Below, piece after piece: positions 13,201 through 26,721 of a stretch of 64,000 nt of DNA. Every line of letters begins with the position of its first letter. The stretch's first letter is position 1. Position numbers and translations under genes: made by a program. The stretch is from the NCBI RefSeq assembly GCF_009914755.1, contig NC_060947.1; one strand, 5' to 3'. The DNA is from the human T2T-CHM13v2.0 reference genome, Homo sapiens. The notes beneath the pieces were generated by a model. It ran no database searches and was not told the origin of the DNA. It was given only the letters and a program-made list of their open reading frames with translations.

Positions 13201-15699
13201 AATGAAGTCTCGGATGTGTGTGCACCCTGGCTCCGGAGCCCGCAGATGTGATCCAGGTTCCATGCAGGGACACAGGCAGGGAGGACCCAGCACTCGGAGG
13301 CAGCAGCAGCAGGCGCCGTGGTGTGCTGAGACAAGCCAACAGCAGGGCAGCGTGGGGACCATGGGCGGGGCCCTGAGGAGGGCGCTTGGCTTATGGCAGG
13401 AACGTGCCTGCCCCTGTGCCAGCTGTGAGGCTTTGACGGCCATCACCTTTCCCACGGTCTCTCCCCAAAACCTCATTTGCCTGGAGAGTGGCCCGGAATC
13501 GGGCCCTGAACAAACTGTCCCTTAACAGATATGGATGCCTTCAGCCAAAGCCCTCCATGTCAGAGGGTGTGAGTTGGGCCGGCCGCCAGAGGCACTGCTA
13601 GGCTAAAGACCTCTCTACCCCCAGCAAAGTGCAGCTCCCGTGCCCCTCCACCTTGCCCGGGGCTGGCGGTTCCTGTGTCTGATTTCAAGGTCTCTGGGGA
13701 GCACCTTTGGGATTCGGGAGGGCGTGGGGTCTGACAGGAAACAAGATGGCCACTTCCCAATGGCCATCCCCAAGGAAGGGACAGGAAGGACGGCAGTGGC
13801 CTTGGGGTTCCGGGTGGAATGGAGGGCGAGGGCTGGGGCGGCCCCGTCGCCTCACCCTGAGACTCCCGTCAGCAGCAGATGGACCCAGCTGCTTCGGAGT
13901 CAGAGACCCAGCTGTGCCCTCGGTTCTGCCAAGCAAACTTGCACTCACTCAAGTCCCCCTTGGGAGTGTTCTGCATTTTCTTCCCCAGCCCTGGGGATGA
14001 AGAGGGAACCGCTATTTCCTGAGGCCGAGCAGGCCTGTGCCTCACGAGCTCCCCGGGCATCTCCGGGCAGGCCTGGCCTTTGCATGCTCCTCTTCCGGCA
14101 ACGGATGGGTCTTGTTGCCTGGAGAGCAGAGACACCAGGAGGGCTGGGAGTGGGAGCTGTGCAGGGGCGAGGGTGGCATTCTTCAATCCAAATGTTTCTC
14201 CGCCAGCCTCTCAGCCCTGAGTCACTAAAGCACAGGATGGTGGCGGAGGGGAGGATGTTAACAAACCTTGCTAGAAGCTCCTCCGAGTCAGCTCACCCAC
14301 CAAGCCTTTGCCGGGGGTCAGCTGGGCACCCAGGCCATGGGCACAGCTGTCGTACGTCCTTCCCAAACAGGAGGTGCCCTCAGTGGAGGGGGAGTGTGAA
14401 AGGCAGTCCCCTGTTTGTAGGGCACAGCTTCTATGGAATATTGATTTCTTAGGAAAGGTTCCGTAACTTCAGCACGTCTAGCAGTACGGGCACCAGTGGC
14501 AGCTGCATGTGCTCGCCTGCGTGGCATAGCCTTGGGTAGGTGCAAGCTCAAGTCCTGGGCAGCCTGACTCCCCAAGGCTGTAGGGGAGAGCCCCAGTGCA
14601 GTCCCATGAGGCCCAGCGTCCAGAGCAGGAAGACAGTTGCAGGGCCAGAGGCCTGCTCCCAGGAGGGGCTGTGCTGCCGCCAAGGCTGAAAAGGTGCAGA
14701 GGAGCAGTCGGGGCCCAGAGCAGGGTGGGCAGGCCTGGCTGGCGACAGCAGGACCCTCCCAGCTCACGCACCATGGCTTGAAACTGCAGCACAGCTAGGA
14801 GGGTCCTTGGAGATCACATGGTCCCACCTCTCTCCCCAAACGTACATACCAGGAAATGGAGACCCAGATGGGACAGGGACCTGGGCTCCAGAGGCAAAGC
14901 TGCTGCCCTCGCCTCTTCCAGGGGTAATGACTCAGGGGAATTCAGCGCTGCGGCAGACACAGCCAAGCGGCCAGCGGAGCTGCTGGCATCCCAGCCCTGC
15001 CTGGCCGCACCTTATCCTGCGCTCCCTGGGCGGAGAAGACGGCCCTTGATGCTCACAGCCTCCTGCCGGGTCTCAGGCAATCCCCCACTGCAGGCACGAG
15101 GCCGGGCTCATACACTGCTGGTCTGGGAGCCCCAGAAAGGCCAGGTGCACATCTCCACGGGCTGTCCTCTGCCTCCCCTCCCCACGCAATCTTCCGCACT
15201 CACACTCGCTCAGGCTCTAGGCTTCTGAACTCAGCCAGCCCAAGCCACATCCTACTCTGCCACTACACTATTGTGCCACCACCAGGGAGCCACGGACTCA
15301 GTTTCCCTGGCTGTAGCATGGGGACAATCCCCTCAGACTTCCGGAACTGCTGTAAGGATAAAATGAGGTCCTTGATGGCAATGCGTGTGACCTTTGGCAC
15401 AAAGGAGAAAGCTAACGGGACCTAGTGACAACAGCCGCTCCCTACTCGCTTCCAGCCCCTCCCCCACCCAAACGTCCTGGCTCCACCCCTTCCAGGCACT
15501 GAGGCTCAAATGCTATTACTATTAGCCAGAATCTGACACATGAGAATGAGAGGAGACACTGCAGGGGGACCTGGGGTGGGGGATGGAATTGGCAGCGCTG
15601 TCAGCCAGACTTTATACCCTCTTCACTGTGGGAGCAGGAGGTGGCTCTGGGGTACCAAGTTGCGCCCAGTCCTCAATGGGCCCCTTCGCTGGGGTGCCA

Positions 15700-16500
15700 G
15701 TGCAGATTCTGCGCGTAACCGTCCGCCTAGCCCAGGCCCAGCCTAGTTCAGGGCCCCCAACCCCACTCCCGCGCCCCAAGCGCCGGAGCCCCCACTCATT
15801 GGCGCCACTGGGGACCGGGGAGCGCAGGGCGCGTCGGGCAGGACTGGCCTAGAGAACAGAGGCTTGCAGGTGGGAGGAAGGCGGCGGGGGGTGGGGGGGG
15901 CGTGGGAGGTGGAGGGAGACGCCGGGCAGGCCGCGGCCCCTCCCCGCTCCCTCCCCGCGAGCCGCCAGCTACAGTGCCCCTCCTGGGCAGGGGGCGGAGA
16001 AGACGGCGACTGGAGGGGAGGAGGCGGCGGCAGAGGCGGAGGAGGCAGCGGCGGCGGAGGCGGGATTTGGAGTTTCCCTCCGCAGCGGCGGCGGCGGCTG
16101 CCCCTCGGCTCCAGGAGAGGCCGCCACCCGGGGTTCCGGTGGCGTTAGGCTGCAGCAGTGGCGCTTCCCGCCGCCCGAGCTTCGGAAACTTCCCGGCCGC
16201 GACGCAGGGAACCGGCGCGGAGAACCGAGCAGAGCGGAGGTGAGTGGAGCAAGCGGCGCCCCGGGGACCCCCACCCCCCACCCGGCCTGGCTGCCCCCGC
16301 CCCGACGTGCGCTCCTCCACCCTGCACCCCCAAAGTCCTGACAACGCACACCCCACGAAGCCGGCGCACGCGCCCCTACGACACCCATTCGGTGCTGCTC
16401 CGCACACCCCCGCACGCCGCCCGTGCACCTCCCGTGTCTCCTGCCACTTGCACCGGCTGCACACTCGCGCGCATACAAACCACGCACCACAGACCCGGGT
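15700..16500 (+). promoter_or_regulatory. DUSP9: CpG island, distal DUSP9 promoter
   Basis: Very high CpG/GC density, GC boxes, (GGC)n runs, followed by a strong donor site. Confidence 0.8.
16000..16239 (+). other. DUSP9: DUSP9 non-coding first exon (5' end approximate)
   Basis: Consensus donor GAG|GTGAGT at 16239/16240 inside the CpG island; compatible with the acceptor at 21546/21547. Confidence 0.7.
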
Positions 16501-17479
16501 GCCTGTAGTGCACACACTAGCTGCCCCTGCCCCACCACTCACCACTGTCCCCAACTCATGCCAACCCACCGAGACCCTGCCACGCCCCAGTACACACCCA
16601 GGCGCACACGCACGCTTCCAACACGTCTCTGCCATACCTGCACCAACATAGCTCCCCCTACCATGCCCCCACCACCTCGAACTCCCCATCTGCCCATTAC
16701 AGACACCCCACCCACGTTGCCAGCCCAGAGACACTGCAGTCCACCCATCCTGGAGCGAGGTCCCGTCAGAAACCCACATCCCAGTGGCTGACGCTCCCCA
16801 CGTCCCAGGCACACACCTCCAGCATCTCCAACGCGCACTCTCATCCACCCCAGCACGCGCGCACACCTGCTGGATTCACGCTCTCCAGCATCCTGCCCCG
16901 CCCCCATCACAAATAGCCTTCGACACCCCCCAGCACATCTCTGAGTCCCTCCCTCCCTCACCCCCAACACCTGGCACGCGGGCTCTAGAGGCTGCAGCAT
17001 TTGGTGGCATCCCTGCCAGGCACCTCTGGCTCCCCTTCGGCAGAGGCTCAGCAGCCTTGGGCCCCCCAGGTGCCTCCCTAAACAGACCTTGAGACTCCCC
17101 AGCGACTAGCTTGGCCTCTTCCCTAAGAAATAAAGAAGGCACTTTGGGGTCCAAGGTAGGGTACTTAGATGTGGAAGCAAGGGGCCCCGGGGAGGGGCGG
17201 GGAGGCGGCGGAGAGAGCCCGGCGCTGAAATGGAGGCGGCCCAGGTGGGACCAAAGGGGCGCCAGCTGCCCGGCAAGCACGTAGTAGGTGGGTTCCATGG
17301 GGGCTGGCGTCCGCGCGCGCTGTCTGGGTGCCTGCCTGCGTGTGTGTTACGGGGAGGGCTGTGTGTGCACGTGTGCTTGTGCGTGTCGGGGTGGGGGAGG
17401 AGTGTGTGATCGGCAGAAGGAAAAGCAGGAGCAGCTCCCTCAGGCAACAATTGGTTTCATTCATTCATGCCTTCTTTGT

Positions 17480-18250
17480 TAACGAGCATTTCTTCCGCGA
17501 GCGCCGGGCGCGTGCCAGGCCCTGCACTGGGGGCTGGGGCCAGCCTGGGGCCGGGCACACACCCGTTCCTGCCTTGGAGGAACTCCCAGTCCCGCGAGGA
17601 GACCGACCAGGAAAAGCAGAAAGCCATCCCCAGCAGAAAGTGGATTTGGTGGAAAAGACACTGGATTTGGCAGGCACGCTGTCGCCGGGACTTGTGCTCT
17701 TGGCCATGTGACCCGGCCGCGACAGCCGAAATCCTGTCACTCGGCCCGGCGGGAACGGTGCATCTCGTGGGGGAAGGCGGCGCGGCGCCGCTCTCGGGAG
17801 GCTCCCGGGACCAGAGGGCGCACGCGGCGCGCGCGAGGCCTGCAGGCGGCGGCGTCCCCGCGGCCTCCAGGGGGCGCTGGCCCGGCCCGGCGGAGGCCCG
17901 GGGCGCCCGGCGGGGGCGGGTGCGGGGGCGGGGGCGGGGGCGGCAGGCGCAGCGCCCACCCTGCGGCGGGCAGCGAGCGCGCGGCCTGGCTCAGCCCGCC
18001 GGAGGGGGCCAGACGAGGCCCGGGCGCGCGGCGCGGCCTCCCCCAGCACAGCGCACCCGGGAGCGGCTGCCGGCGGGGCGGCGCCCAGAGCCGGCGCTAC
18101 AGGGGGCCTGAGTGGGGGCGGCCCGGCGAGGGTCGCGGGTGAGAGGGGGATTAGGGGGTTGGCTGCGCTCAGCCCTGCAGTGCGGAGGTGGCAACAGGTT
18201 CCCATTTGTCCTGTTGCTGGCGCTGCGGGCGCTGTGGGCCCCGAGCACTG
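17480..18250. promoter_or_regulatory. Intronic CpG island in DUSP9 intron 1
   Basis: Dense CpG, tandem GGGGC/GC-box run at about 17910-17945. Confidence 0.75.
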
Positions 18251-20559
18251 AGCTCTGACTTTGGAAATTGAGCCCCTCATGGCCTCCTCCCAAATGCTTT
18301 CTCCCGGTGCGAGGACTTGGCAGCAGGGCTCCGCAGTTAGGTGCAGGGGAGCCCCTCGCCAAGCGTCGGGAGACGTGGACCCTTGGATCCTAGGCTTCCC
18401 CTCCCTTCCCCATTGCGGAGGTTGCCTCTCCCCGTCCTCATTCCAGCCCAGCTCCTCTCACCTCCAGGGAACCCTCTCCAGAGAGCGCCACTGAGCAGCT
18501 CAGGAGCTCCCTCTCTAGCCGAACTGAGCCCCCACGGCAGGGCGGGCCGGGGAAGTGGCTGTCCAGCTCCCTGCTGGTCACAGCCCTGCGCCACCCCCAC
18601 TCTCCACAACAAGACTGGCACATGGCAGAACCTCCGTGGTGCCTTCAACCCCTGCCCACTCTGAGCTCCCACCCACAGCTGCAGTGGGCCTGGAGGCAGC
18701 CCCCAGGCTGGGTGCCGGTGTCCACCTCCACCACTGTGGAGCTAGGCTGTGGACAGAAAACAGAAGACAAAGTCCCTGCCCCAGGAACACACTGAGAAAG
18801 GGGGAAAGTGACCACACTAGGGAGCACAGAGGAGGGAGACTACTGGCTCCGAGTTGGGAAGGCTGCCTGGAGGAGGGGGCCTGAAGAATGAGCAGAATCT
18901 CAGAATCTGGGCAGGGGGCATAGGAGGGAGGCCTGGGCTGGGGCCCTTGCCCACTGGGTGAGAGAAGGAAGGGCACAGTCCAGCTGCCCAAAGCCCTTGG
19001 ATGCAGGAATTAGGACTCTTGTTAGACGCAGGGACATGGGGGGTGTGGCCGGAAAGCAGCCCAGTGCCAGGGTCCTGGGAGTCCCCGGCTAGCAGCCCAC
19101 TGCCCGAAAGGGAGGGAGAGAGGCAAACTGGAAGCCCCTTAGAGGTGACCCACCTAGCTTTCCGTCACCTGCCCTCTTACCTAACCATGACCTGAGACAT
19201 TTTCTCCTCTAACTCCATGGCTCCTGAGAGGAGTCTTTAGACTCGTAGTTTGCTTTGCATTTTCCACTTGTTAGAAAAATGCTTTGTGGTGCCCATCCTC
19301 GTGTGCATAACTTTGCTTTCTTTTACTTTAGTTCCTTAGATTCCCAAAAGTGGTCAAAGGGTTGGGATTTTTTCCTAGCTCTTGATATTGCCAGATTAAT
19401 TTCCAAAGGGGCCGTACCAATATATAACCCTGCAACAGTTGAACAGCACGCTGATTTCACAGCAATCTTGCCAGCACTGCGTGTTCTCAAAAATGAGAAC
19501 ATTTCTAATGCAGTAGGTGGGAAGTGTTACCTCGTTGGTCATTGTTACTTGTTTATTGGAGTGGCTTTCCTTCCACGCCTGAAGTTGAACCTTCCCCCAA
19601 ATATTTGTTAGGCCACCGCATTCCCTCCTTCCTGCAGTATGCAGTGTTTTCAGGTTCTTTGCCCATTTATCTACAGGGGTCTTAACCTTTTAGTTGGGTA
19701 TGAGCTTTATCTTATCTGGCGTACATTTTCCTTCAACACTGTTATTTGCTTTTGTTGAGCTTTAAGCAGAGAAGGGACTTTTAGCCAGATCAGCATTGTG
19801 GACACCTCCCCCTGACCCTGGTCTCCTGCCTCAGTGCTCACCACACCTGAGACCTTGTCCAGTGCTCTTGCTGCCTGTGGATCTGTCCCGCCTGTTGTGC
19901 CCATGGAGGAAAGGATGGAGGCCACCAGCCTTGGTTGAGTGGATGGCATTCTGACGTTGGGCAGGGCTGGGCAGGGCAGGGTGGAGGGCAGGTCGTTGCA
20001 GGCCCGGAGGCAGGGAGACTGTTGTGCAAGACGTGACAGTGACCTGGCCTAAAGCTGATGAATTTGAGCCCTCGGCTAGGGCAAGGGACAGGGGAGAGAG
20101 GCGTGGATGTGAGAGATATTTAGGTAGAAACTAGTTCTTTCCACTTTGATTAGCCGAAGGGGGGTTAAGGGAAGGAGGCAGAGGGGGGAGCCACGGGTGA
20201 CTCTTAGGATCAGTAATGTGATAAGAGCAGAGTGCCCCAGTTTAGGGCTGGGAGCTCAGGGTTCCTGGGTGCTTTTGGCCAGTCCTGTGCGAGTGAAGCG
20301 GGCTGGTATTGGTAGGTATCCAGGAGCTACCCCTGCCTGCCTAGCCCTGCAGCAGACCTCTGGGCCAAAGCTGCACTAAGTTTCTGGTCCTGCCTCCTCC
20401 TCCCCTCCGTGATTTCGGTGGCATCCCAAGTTTGCCCAAGCTGCTAGCTCTGAGCCCATTACAGAGATGGGGCCACTGAGATCCAGGCAGGGGAGAAGAT
20501 GCTCCAGTATCACCCTGTGAGTTGGGCTGGAGGCAGCTTCTGCGGCAGAGGGGCTGGGC

Positions 20560-21960
20560 TCTGGTCCTCACCCCTCCCCCTGCCTCCCGAGGCCAGGCTG
20601 GCGCCGGCCAGGGGAGCCGCAGCTGGTCCCCTGCTGGGCCCCTGACCTGCCCTTGGCCTCTGCCCCGACCCCGTCCCGCCTCGGTGGAAGCCCCAGCTCA
20701 GCCGACTCGCAGGTCCCACCCGACTGCTTCGGCTAGCACCCGTTGGCTCACCGGCCCGCCGGGCCCGCCCCCGGAGCCCCGCCCCGGCCCGCCCCTCGGA
20801 GTTGTAACTCCACGTCCGAAGGCAGTTTCCAAGGTGGAAGCTGGGTCCGGCTGCCAGGAAGCGGCCGGTGCGCGGGCTGCGCGGGCTGCGCGGGGCTCGG
20901 CTTCCACGTGCGAGCCTGCACCGCCGCCCCGCCCTCTCCTGGCGGCCAGGCCTGGGGACTCTCTGCCGCGGGACGGCGCCTCGCGTTCCGCCGTGGCAGT
21001 GGCCGTGGCCAGAACGTCCACGCGCGGTCGTCCACCGCCGGATCTCGCTCCAGGTCTCTTTCCTTTTGTTCTCTCCTAGGGGTAGGGGGAGATGGGGGAC
21101 CGGGGGCCAGACCACCTCTGAGAGGACTCGCTGAGGCCCAGCACCTCGGCGCCTCCTCTGTTCCCCTGGCCCACCTGGCCCTGGGGGAGATCTAGGCCTC
21201 GAACGGCACTCCTCGCACGCACACCCCCAGCCAGAGTCGGAAGCTCGAACTTGGGGAGCGTTCGCGAGAAGACCGAGACAGGAGCAGAAAGGGGGTATGG
21301 AGGGAGGCGGCTGCGACCTCAGGGTACCCCAAGATGAGCCTCGAAGGGGCGGTTAGCCGCTCAGCCCTCTTCTCGAGGACCCTTCCCCGGGCCGAGCTGC
21401 TGCCTGGGGGGTTTCTTGGGGCGCCTTGTTGGGAGTCCTCATGGTGGGGGACCCTGGGCTCCCGCCTTCAGGACGCGGGGCCGGCTTCAAGTCTGAGCCC
21501 CCTCGGCCCTCCGGTAGCTCACACCGCGCCTTCTCTCTCTTCGCAGCGCCCGTGGTCCAGCGTGTAGGGAGCCGATCGCCCATGGAGGGTCTGGGCCGCT
21601 CGTGCCTGTGGCTGCGTCGGGAGCTGTCGCCCCCGCGGCCGCGGCTCCTGCTCCTGGACTGCCGCAGCCGCGAGCTGTACGAGTCGGCGCGCATCGGTGG
21701 GGCGCTGAGCGTGGCCCTGCCGGCGCTCCTGCTGCGCCGCCTGCGGAGGGGCAGCCTGTCGGTGCGCGCGCTCCTGCCTGGGCCGCCGCTGCAGCCGCCC
21801 CCGCCTGCCCCCGTGCTCCTGTACGACCAGGGCGGGGGCCGGCGCCGGCGCGGGGAGGCCGAGGCCGAGGCCGAGGAGTGGGAGGCCGAGTCGGTGCTGG
21901 GCACCCTGCTGCAGAAGCTGCGAGAGGAAGGCTACCTGGCCTACTACCTCCAGGGTAGGT
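20560..21960 (+). promoter_or_regulatory. DUSP9: CpG island over proximal DUSP9 promoter / candidate alternative first exon and first coding exon
   Basis: CpG-rich with GC boxes and a CACGTG E-box at about 20906; possible weak donor CAG|GTCTCT at 21053/21054. Confidence 0.65.
21582..21954 (+). CDS. DUSP9: DUSP9 (MKP-4) coding exon 1: rhodanese/CH2 domain with kinase-interaction motif
   Basis: Acceptor tcgcag|21547; gcccATGG start; MEGLGRSCLWLRRELSPPRPRLLLLDCRSRELYESARIGGALSVALPALLLRRLRRGS; donor CAGG|GTAGGT; 373 nt, phase 1. Confidence 0.97.
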
Positions 21961-22859
21961 GCCGCGGGGCCCTCCTTCCAGGGGGTTCGGGATTCATTTG
22001 ACCTTAGGCCAGCCCCACTTCTTTTTTTCTAAAGCGAGTTGAGGCCCCCCTCCCCTGATGACCTGCCAGGCTGCTTTGAGAGGAGGGAAGCCTGAGTGTG
22101 ACCGTGGGGAAGTTCTTCACCCTCGGCAGCCCAGTCTCTGAGCCTGGAAAATGGGGAGAATTAGCCTGACCTGAGCTAGTTCTCAGGATGCTCAAGAACG
22201 AATTACAAAGTGCGGGCTCCCCAGGGTCTCGGCAAGGGTATCCCCACCTCCCCAACCTGCTCAGGAATGAGCAAGGGAGGCAGGGGTCAGACAGCACTGG
22301 TGCAATCACGGCTCACTGAAGCCTCCTGGGCTCAAGCGATCCTCCTGCCTTAGCCTCCCGAACAGCATATAAAGTGTCAGGTGTCCAGCCCGGGGAAATA
22401 GTATCTGTAAATAGAGATGCTGGCTTCTTGAGCCATATTCTCCCCCAAGTTCCCCCACATCTTGGGGTCCCACTTCATCCCTGAGAGTCAGGAGATGCCC
22501 AGGCAGAGAGCTGACATCTGAGTTCCTCCTTTTCTTTAGCTGATGGCCGCAGTCCTCCCTAAGGCTGGCAGTGCATCTCGGCTCTGTTGAGCCCTCACAC
22601 CTGCCTCAGCTTGACCCTAGGGGTGTAAGATCCTTTCCGGTGGCTCAGCGTGAGCCCAGCTTCTTGCAGCCCGAGCTGACTGAGGGTGGCTAGGGCCCCA
22701 CGTGGGTACCAGGACACACCAAGCTGCTGGGTTTTGTGTTCCCTTTGGGAACATTTGCAAACCCTCCAAGTTGTCCAGGGTCATCTCCCCAGCCCCAGAC
22801 AGAGGCACTTGGCTGCCCAGAAGGCCAGGTCAGCAGGCCCCATGCCCTCTCCCCAACAG

Positions 22860-23315
22860 GAGGCTTCAGCAGATTCCAGGCCGAGTGCCCTCACCTGTGT
22901 GAGACCAGCCTTGCTGGCCGTGCCGGCTCCAGCATGGCGCCGGTGCCCGGTCCAGTGCCCGTGGTGGGGTTGGGCAGCCTGTGCCTGGGCTCCGACTGCT
23001 CTGATGCGGAATCCGAGGCTGACCGCGACTCCATGAGCTGTGGCCTGGATTCGGAGGGTGCCACACCCCCACCAGTGGGGCTGCGGGCATCCTTCCCTGT
23101 CCAGATCCTGCCCAACCTCTATCTGGGCAGTGCCCGGGATTCCGCCAATTTGGAGAGCCTGGCCAAACTGGGCATCCGCTACATCCTCAATGTCACCCCC
23201 AACCTCCCAAACTTCTTCGAGAAGAATGGTGACTTTCACTACAAGCAGATCCCCATCTCCGACCACTGGAGCCAGAACCTGTCGCGGTTCTTTCCGGAGG
23301 CCATTGAGTTCATTG
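22860..23315 (+). CDS. DUSP9: DUSP9 coding exon 2: linker and N-terminal half of the phosphatase domain
   Basis: caacag| acceptor; [15 protein letters not shown]...[40 protein letters not shown]...[22 protein letters not shown]; donor ATTG|GTGAGT; 456 nt. Confidence 0.98.
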
Positions 23316-23607
23316 GTGAGTCCACCCCACCCACCCTTCCCTCCTGTCCTCCCCAAGGCCTGCTCTGGCCTCCCCCTTGTGAGTACTCCTCCCAAGCCCC
23401 GCTGCCATTCCCAGAGCCAAAAGCCTAGGTGACAGTTCTAGGGGACAGGCAGAGCTAGGGCGGCCCCCAGAGGCCACTAGAGAAACCTGCAGGTCGTGGC
23501 CATCTGGCCCAGGGGGCAGGGCGGGGCCTTTGAGGGCCCTTCGGAAGGCCTCGGCCTCACACACGCCTGCCCTCCGGGTCTCCCGGGCCCTTTCCTGCCC
23601 CATCTAG

Positions 23608-23933
23608 ATGAGGCCTTGTCCCAGAACTGCGGGGTGCTCGTCCACTGCTTGGCGGGGGTCAGCCGTTCTGTCACCGTCACTGTGGCCTACCTCATGCAGA
23701 AGCTCCACCTCTCTCTCAACGATGCCTATGACCTGGTCAAGAGGAAGAAGTCTAACATCTCCCCCAACTTCAACTTCATGGGGCAGTTGCTGGACTTTGA
23801 GCGCAGCTTGCGGCTGGAGGAGCGCCACTCGCAGGAGCAGGGCAGTGGGGGGCAGGCATCTGCGGCCTCCAACCCGCCCTCCTTCTTCACCACCCCCACC
23901 AGTGATGGCGCCTTCGAGCTGGCCCCCACCTAG
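23608..23933 (+). CDS. DUSP9: DUSP9 coding exon 3: catalytic site
   Basis: atctag| acceptor; [10 protein letters not shown] (HCX5R) and [13 protein letters not shown] motifs; TAG at 23931-23933; 373+456+326=1155 nt = 384 aa. Confidence 0.98.
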
Positions 23934-24955
23934 GGCCCCGTGGCCGGCAGGCCGGCCCCTGCCCCACCCCCACCCACGGGTGTCCCTGCCCACTCGTGTG
24001 GCAAGGGAGGGGAGGGCAGGAGGGCTCGGCCTGAGCAGGGTGCTGGGGGGAGAGCGCAATACCTCACGCGGGCTGCCGTCCTAATCAACGTGCCTATGGC
24101 GGGACCACGCTCGGAGCCTGCCTCTTCTGCGACTGTTACTTTTTCTTTGCGGGATGGGGGTGGGGGTTCCCTCTCCAGGTGGTTGTCCAGGCCCAGGTCC
24201 CGGCCCTGGGTGCTCAGCCAGCTCGGCTAGGCCCTGCGCCTCCCTGCGCTTCCCCCTTCAGGAAGGGTGTGTGCCACCTCGTTGCCACAGGGACTGGATC
24301 CCAGTCCCGCCCCTGTCCCCAAGTGGCTGCTTGGGGGAGAGGCGTTTGCCATCACTGGTGTTGTCACCTCCCTGTTTCTCCACCAAGGGCTTGGGCCTCT
24401 CGGGGCTGGGGCCTCCCAGGGGATGGGGACCCAGAGGTGCAGTGGCCGCCCACATCCATGGCCTAGGAGCTACTGGGCAGGTTCCCGGCCACACATCTGG
24501 TGGGCTGTTTTGTTTTTTTTTTTTCCTCTTCCCCCAGATGTCTTGACGGGATCACTGGGGCTCTTTGTGAGTGAGGGTGGCCAAACTACCGCCGGAGGAG
24601 ATGGGGTCTCAGAGCGAGAGCTGCGGAGGGGGAGGGGAAGAAGAAGGCCTCACTTTTGCTGCTGCGGGGCCCACACAGCCGCTGCTACTTTGGGGGGTGG
24701 GGAAGGGGCCAAGCTGCAGACACACACAGTCATTCATTTCTGTCCACACCCCTGTGGGTGGCGGGTGTGCGTGTGTGTGCTTGTGTGTGCGCACGTGTCG
24801 GCGCTCACACACACATGCTAGCCCACTGATGCACCCAGCCCAGGGCTGGCAGTCTTTGCAGCGTGGGGCCGTCTCACCCTGGAGCCTGGAGAGGATCTAT
24901 GCTTGTTTGTTTTTGTAATCCATATCATAGTTGCTTTCTTTAATTGTTCCTTCTG

Positions 24956-24961
24956 AATAAA
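24956..24961 (+). terminator. DUSP9: DUSP9 polyadenylation signal
   Basis: AATAAA after a U-rich stretch about 1 kb downstream of the stop codon. Confidence 0.85.
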
Positions 24962-25699
24962 CAGTTTATTTAAGATACTGAGTAGAGAGAGAAGCTACCT
25001 CCTGAGCGCCTTGGAGGGTTTGGGGGAAGGTGGGGAAGGAGGCCCTCTTGGTCTCTCTGGACTGCCCATGGTGGAAAGGGGCATGTGCCAGGCTGGCCAG
25101 GGACTCAAGTGCCACCCCACTCCCTGCCCCATGTTATCATTTCCCATCTTGTGCTTACACTGCCCGCTGGCCCACGCTCTGAGTCGCCCATTCATTCACC
25201 TCCATTTGAACCCCTAGTCTGTGCCACACACTGTCCTGGGGACTAGGTTGCAGCAGTGAGCTCCGCCTGCTCACAGCAGACTTTCTAGTGGGGGAAGAAA
25301 CGACAAATGCAACAGTCACAGCACTGCGGTTGTGCCGTAGACGTTCATTGCCATGGACAGAGCAGAAAAGTGAGGGGCCAGCACTCACAACTGATCCCTG
25401 AGACACCGGCCAAGTCAGCCCCGAGCCCTGCCTGGAGCCTCCTGAGGGCTGCCCCGGCTGGGTGGCATCCTGAGAGTGACAGGGAGGGGTGTGGGCAGAC
25501 TGGCACATGTGAGTGTTGTGGTTGTCTGGCTGTGGAATTTGGGCTGCAAAGGCCCAGGCTGGGGACTAGAAGAGCCCCATGGAGAACATGGAGACCAACG
25601 GGCCACCTAAAGGGACAGAGGTGAACTGCACCTCTCCTCATATTGGGACACTGCAAGTGCCTTCTCCACACCATAACTGGTGGGGTCTATAAGGCTGTG

Positions 25700-26100
25700 A
25701 CTCTCCACCATGGACATGTAGTAGAGGGGAAGGGCAGCTGGAGGGTGGCGGGGAGCGAGTGCAGCCAGAGAAAGCTGTGGAGGCTTTGGAGCAATGTGGC
25801 CCAGAACCCACAATCCAAAGGCATATGCGTGAATGGCTGAGCTGGTAGGAAAGGAAGAGCAAGGTGATGAACTGAGAAATGAGGTGAATCCTCTGGGCCA
25901 GCGGAGTAAGCCACTCTGGGGTTAGCCCAGGAGCCAGGACCCTCCACTGGAACGCAGCCCCACCAACACCTTGATTTCTGTCCAGTGAAATCTATTTTGA
26001 ATGGCTGATCTACTGAAATGGAAGATGTGAAATCTGTGTTGCTGTAAGCCACTAACTCTGTGGTAATTTATTACAGCAGCCACAGAAATCTACTAGAACA
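25700..26100 (+). mobile_element. MaLR LTR fragment (MLT1-like)
   Basis: caacaccttgattt...ctgtaagccactaa...gtggtaatttattacagcagccacagaaa 3' end motif. Confidence 0.65.
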
Positions 26101-26328
26101 GGTGACCTAGGAAGATATATCCCAAATAAAGAAGAGGGTGTGTGCTGATCTTGACCTTGGATCTGGGGGGAAGTGGAATAAAAGGAAAATGTTCCCCCTC
26201 CCCTGAGAGCTTATAGCCACAAGCTGAACTGTTCTTTTAGAGTGGTCTAGGCATAGAGTAGTGGACACTCCAGAATCTCTCTCAGAGGTACTTAGAAACA
26301 GTGATTCAGCCGGGCACGGTGGCTTACA

Positions 26329-26721
<393 letters not shown>

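Noticed and set aside
15796-18280. Long ORFs (356 aa, 271 aa, 214 aa) over the DUSP9 CpG islands
   Set aside because: Low-complexity translations of GC-rich sequence with no recognisable motifs.
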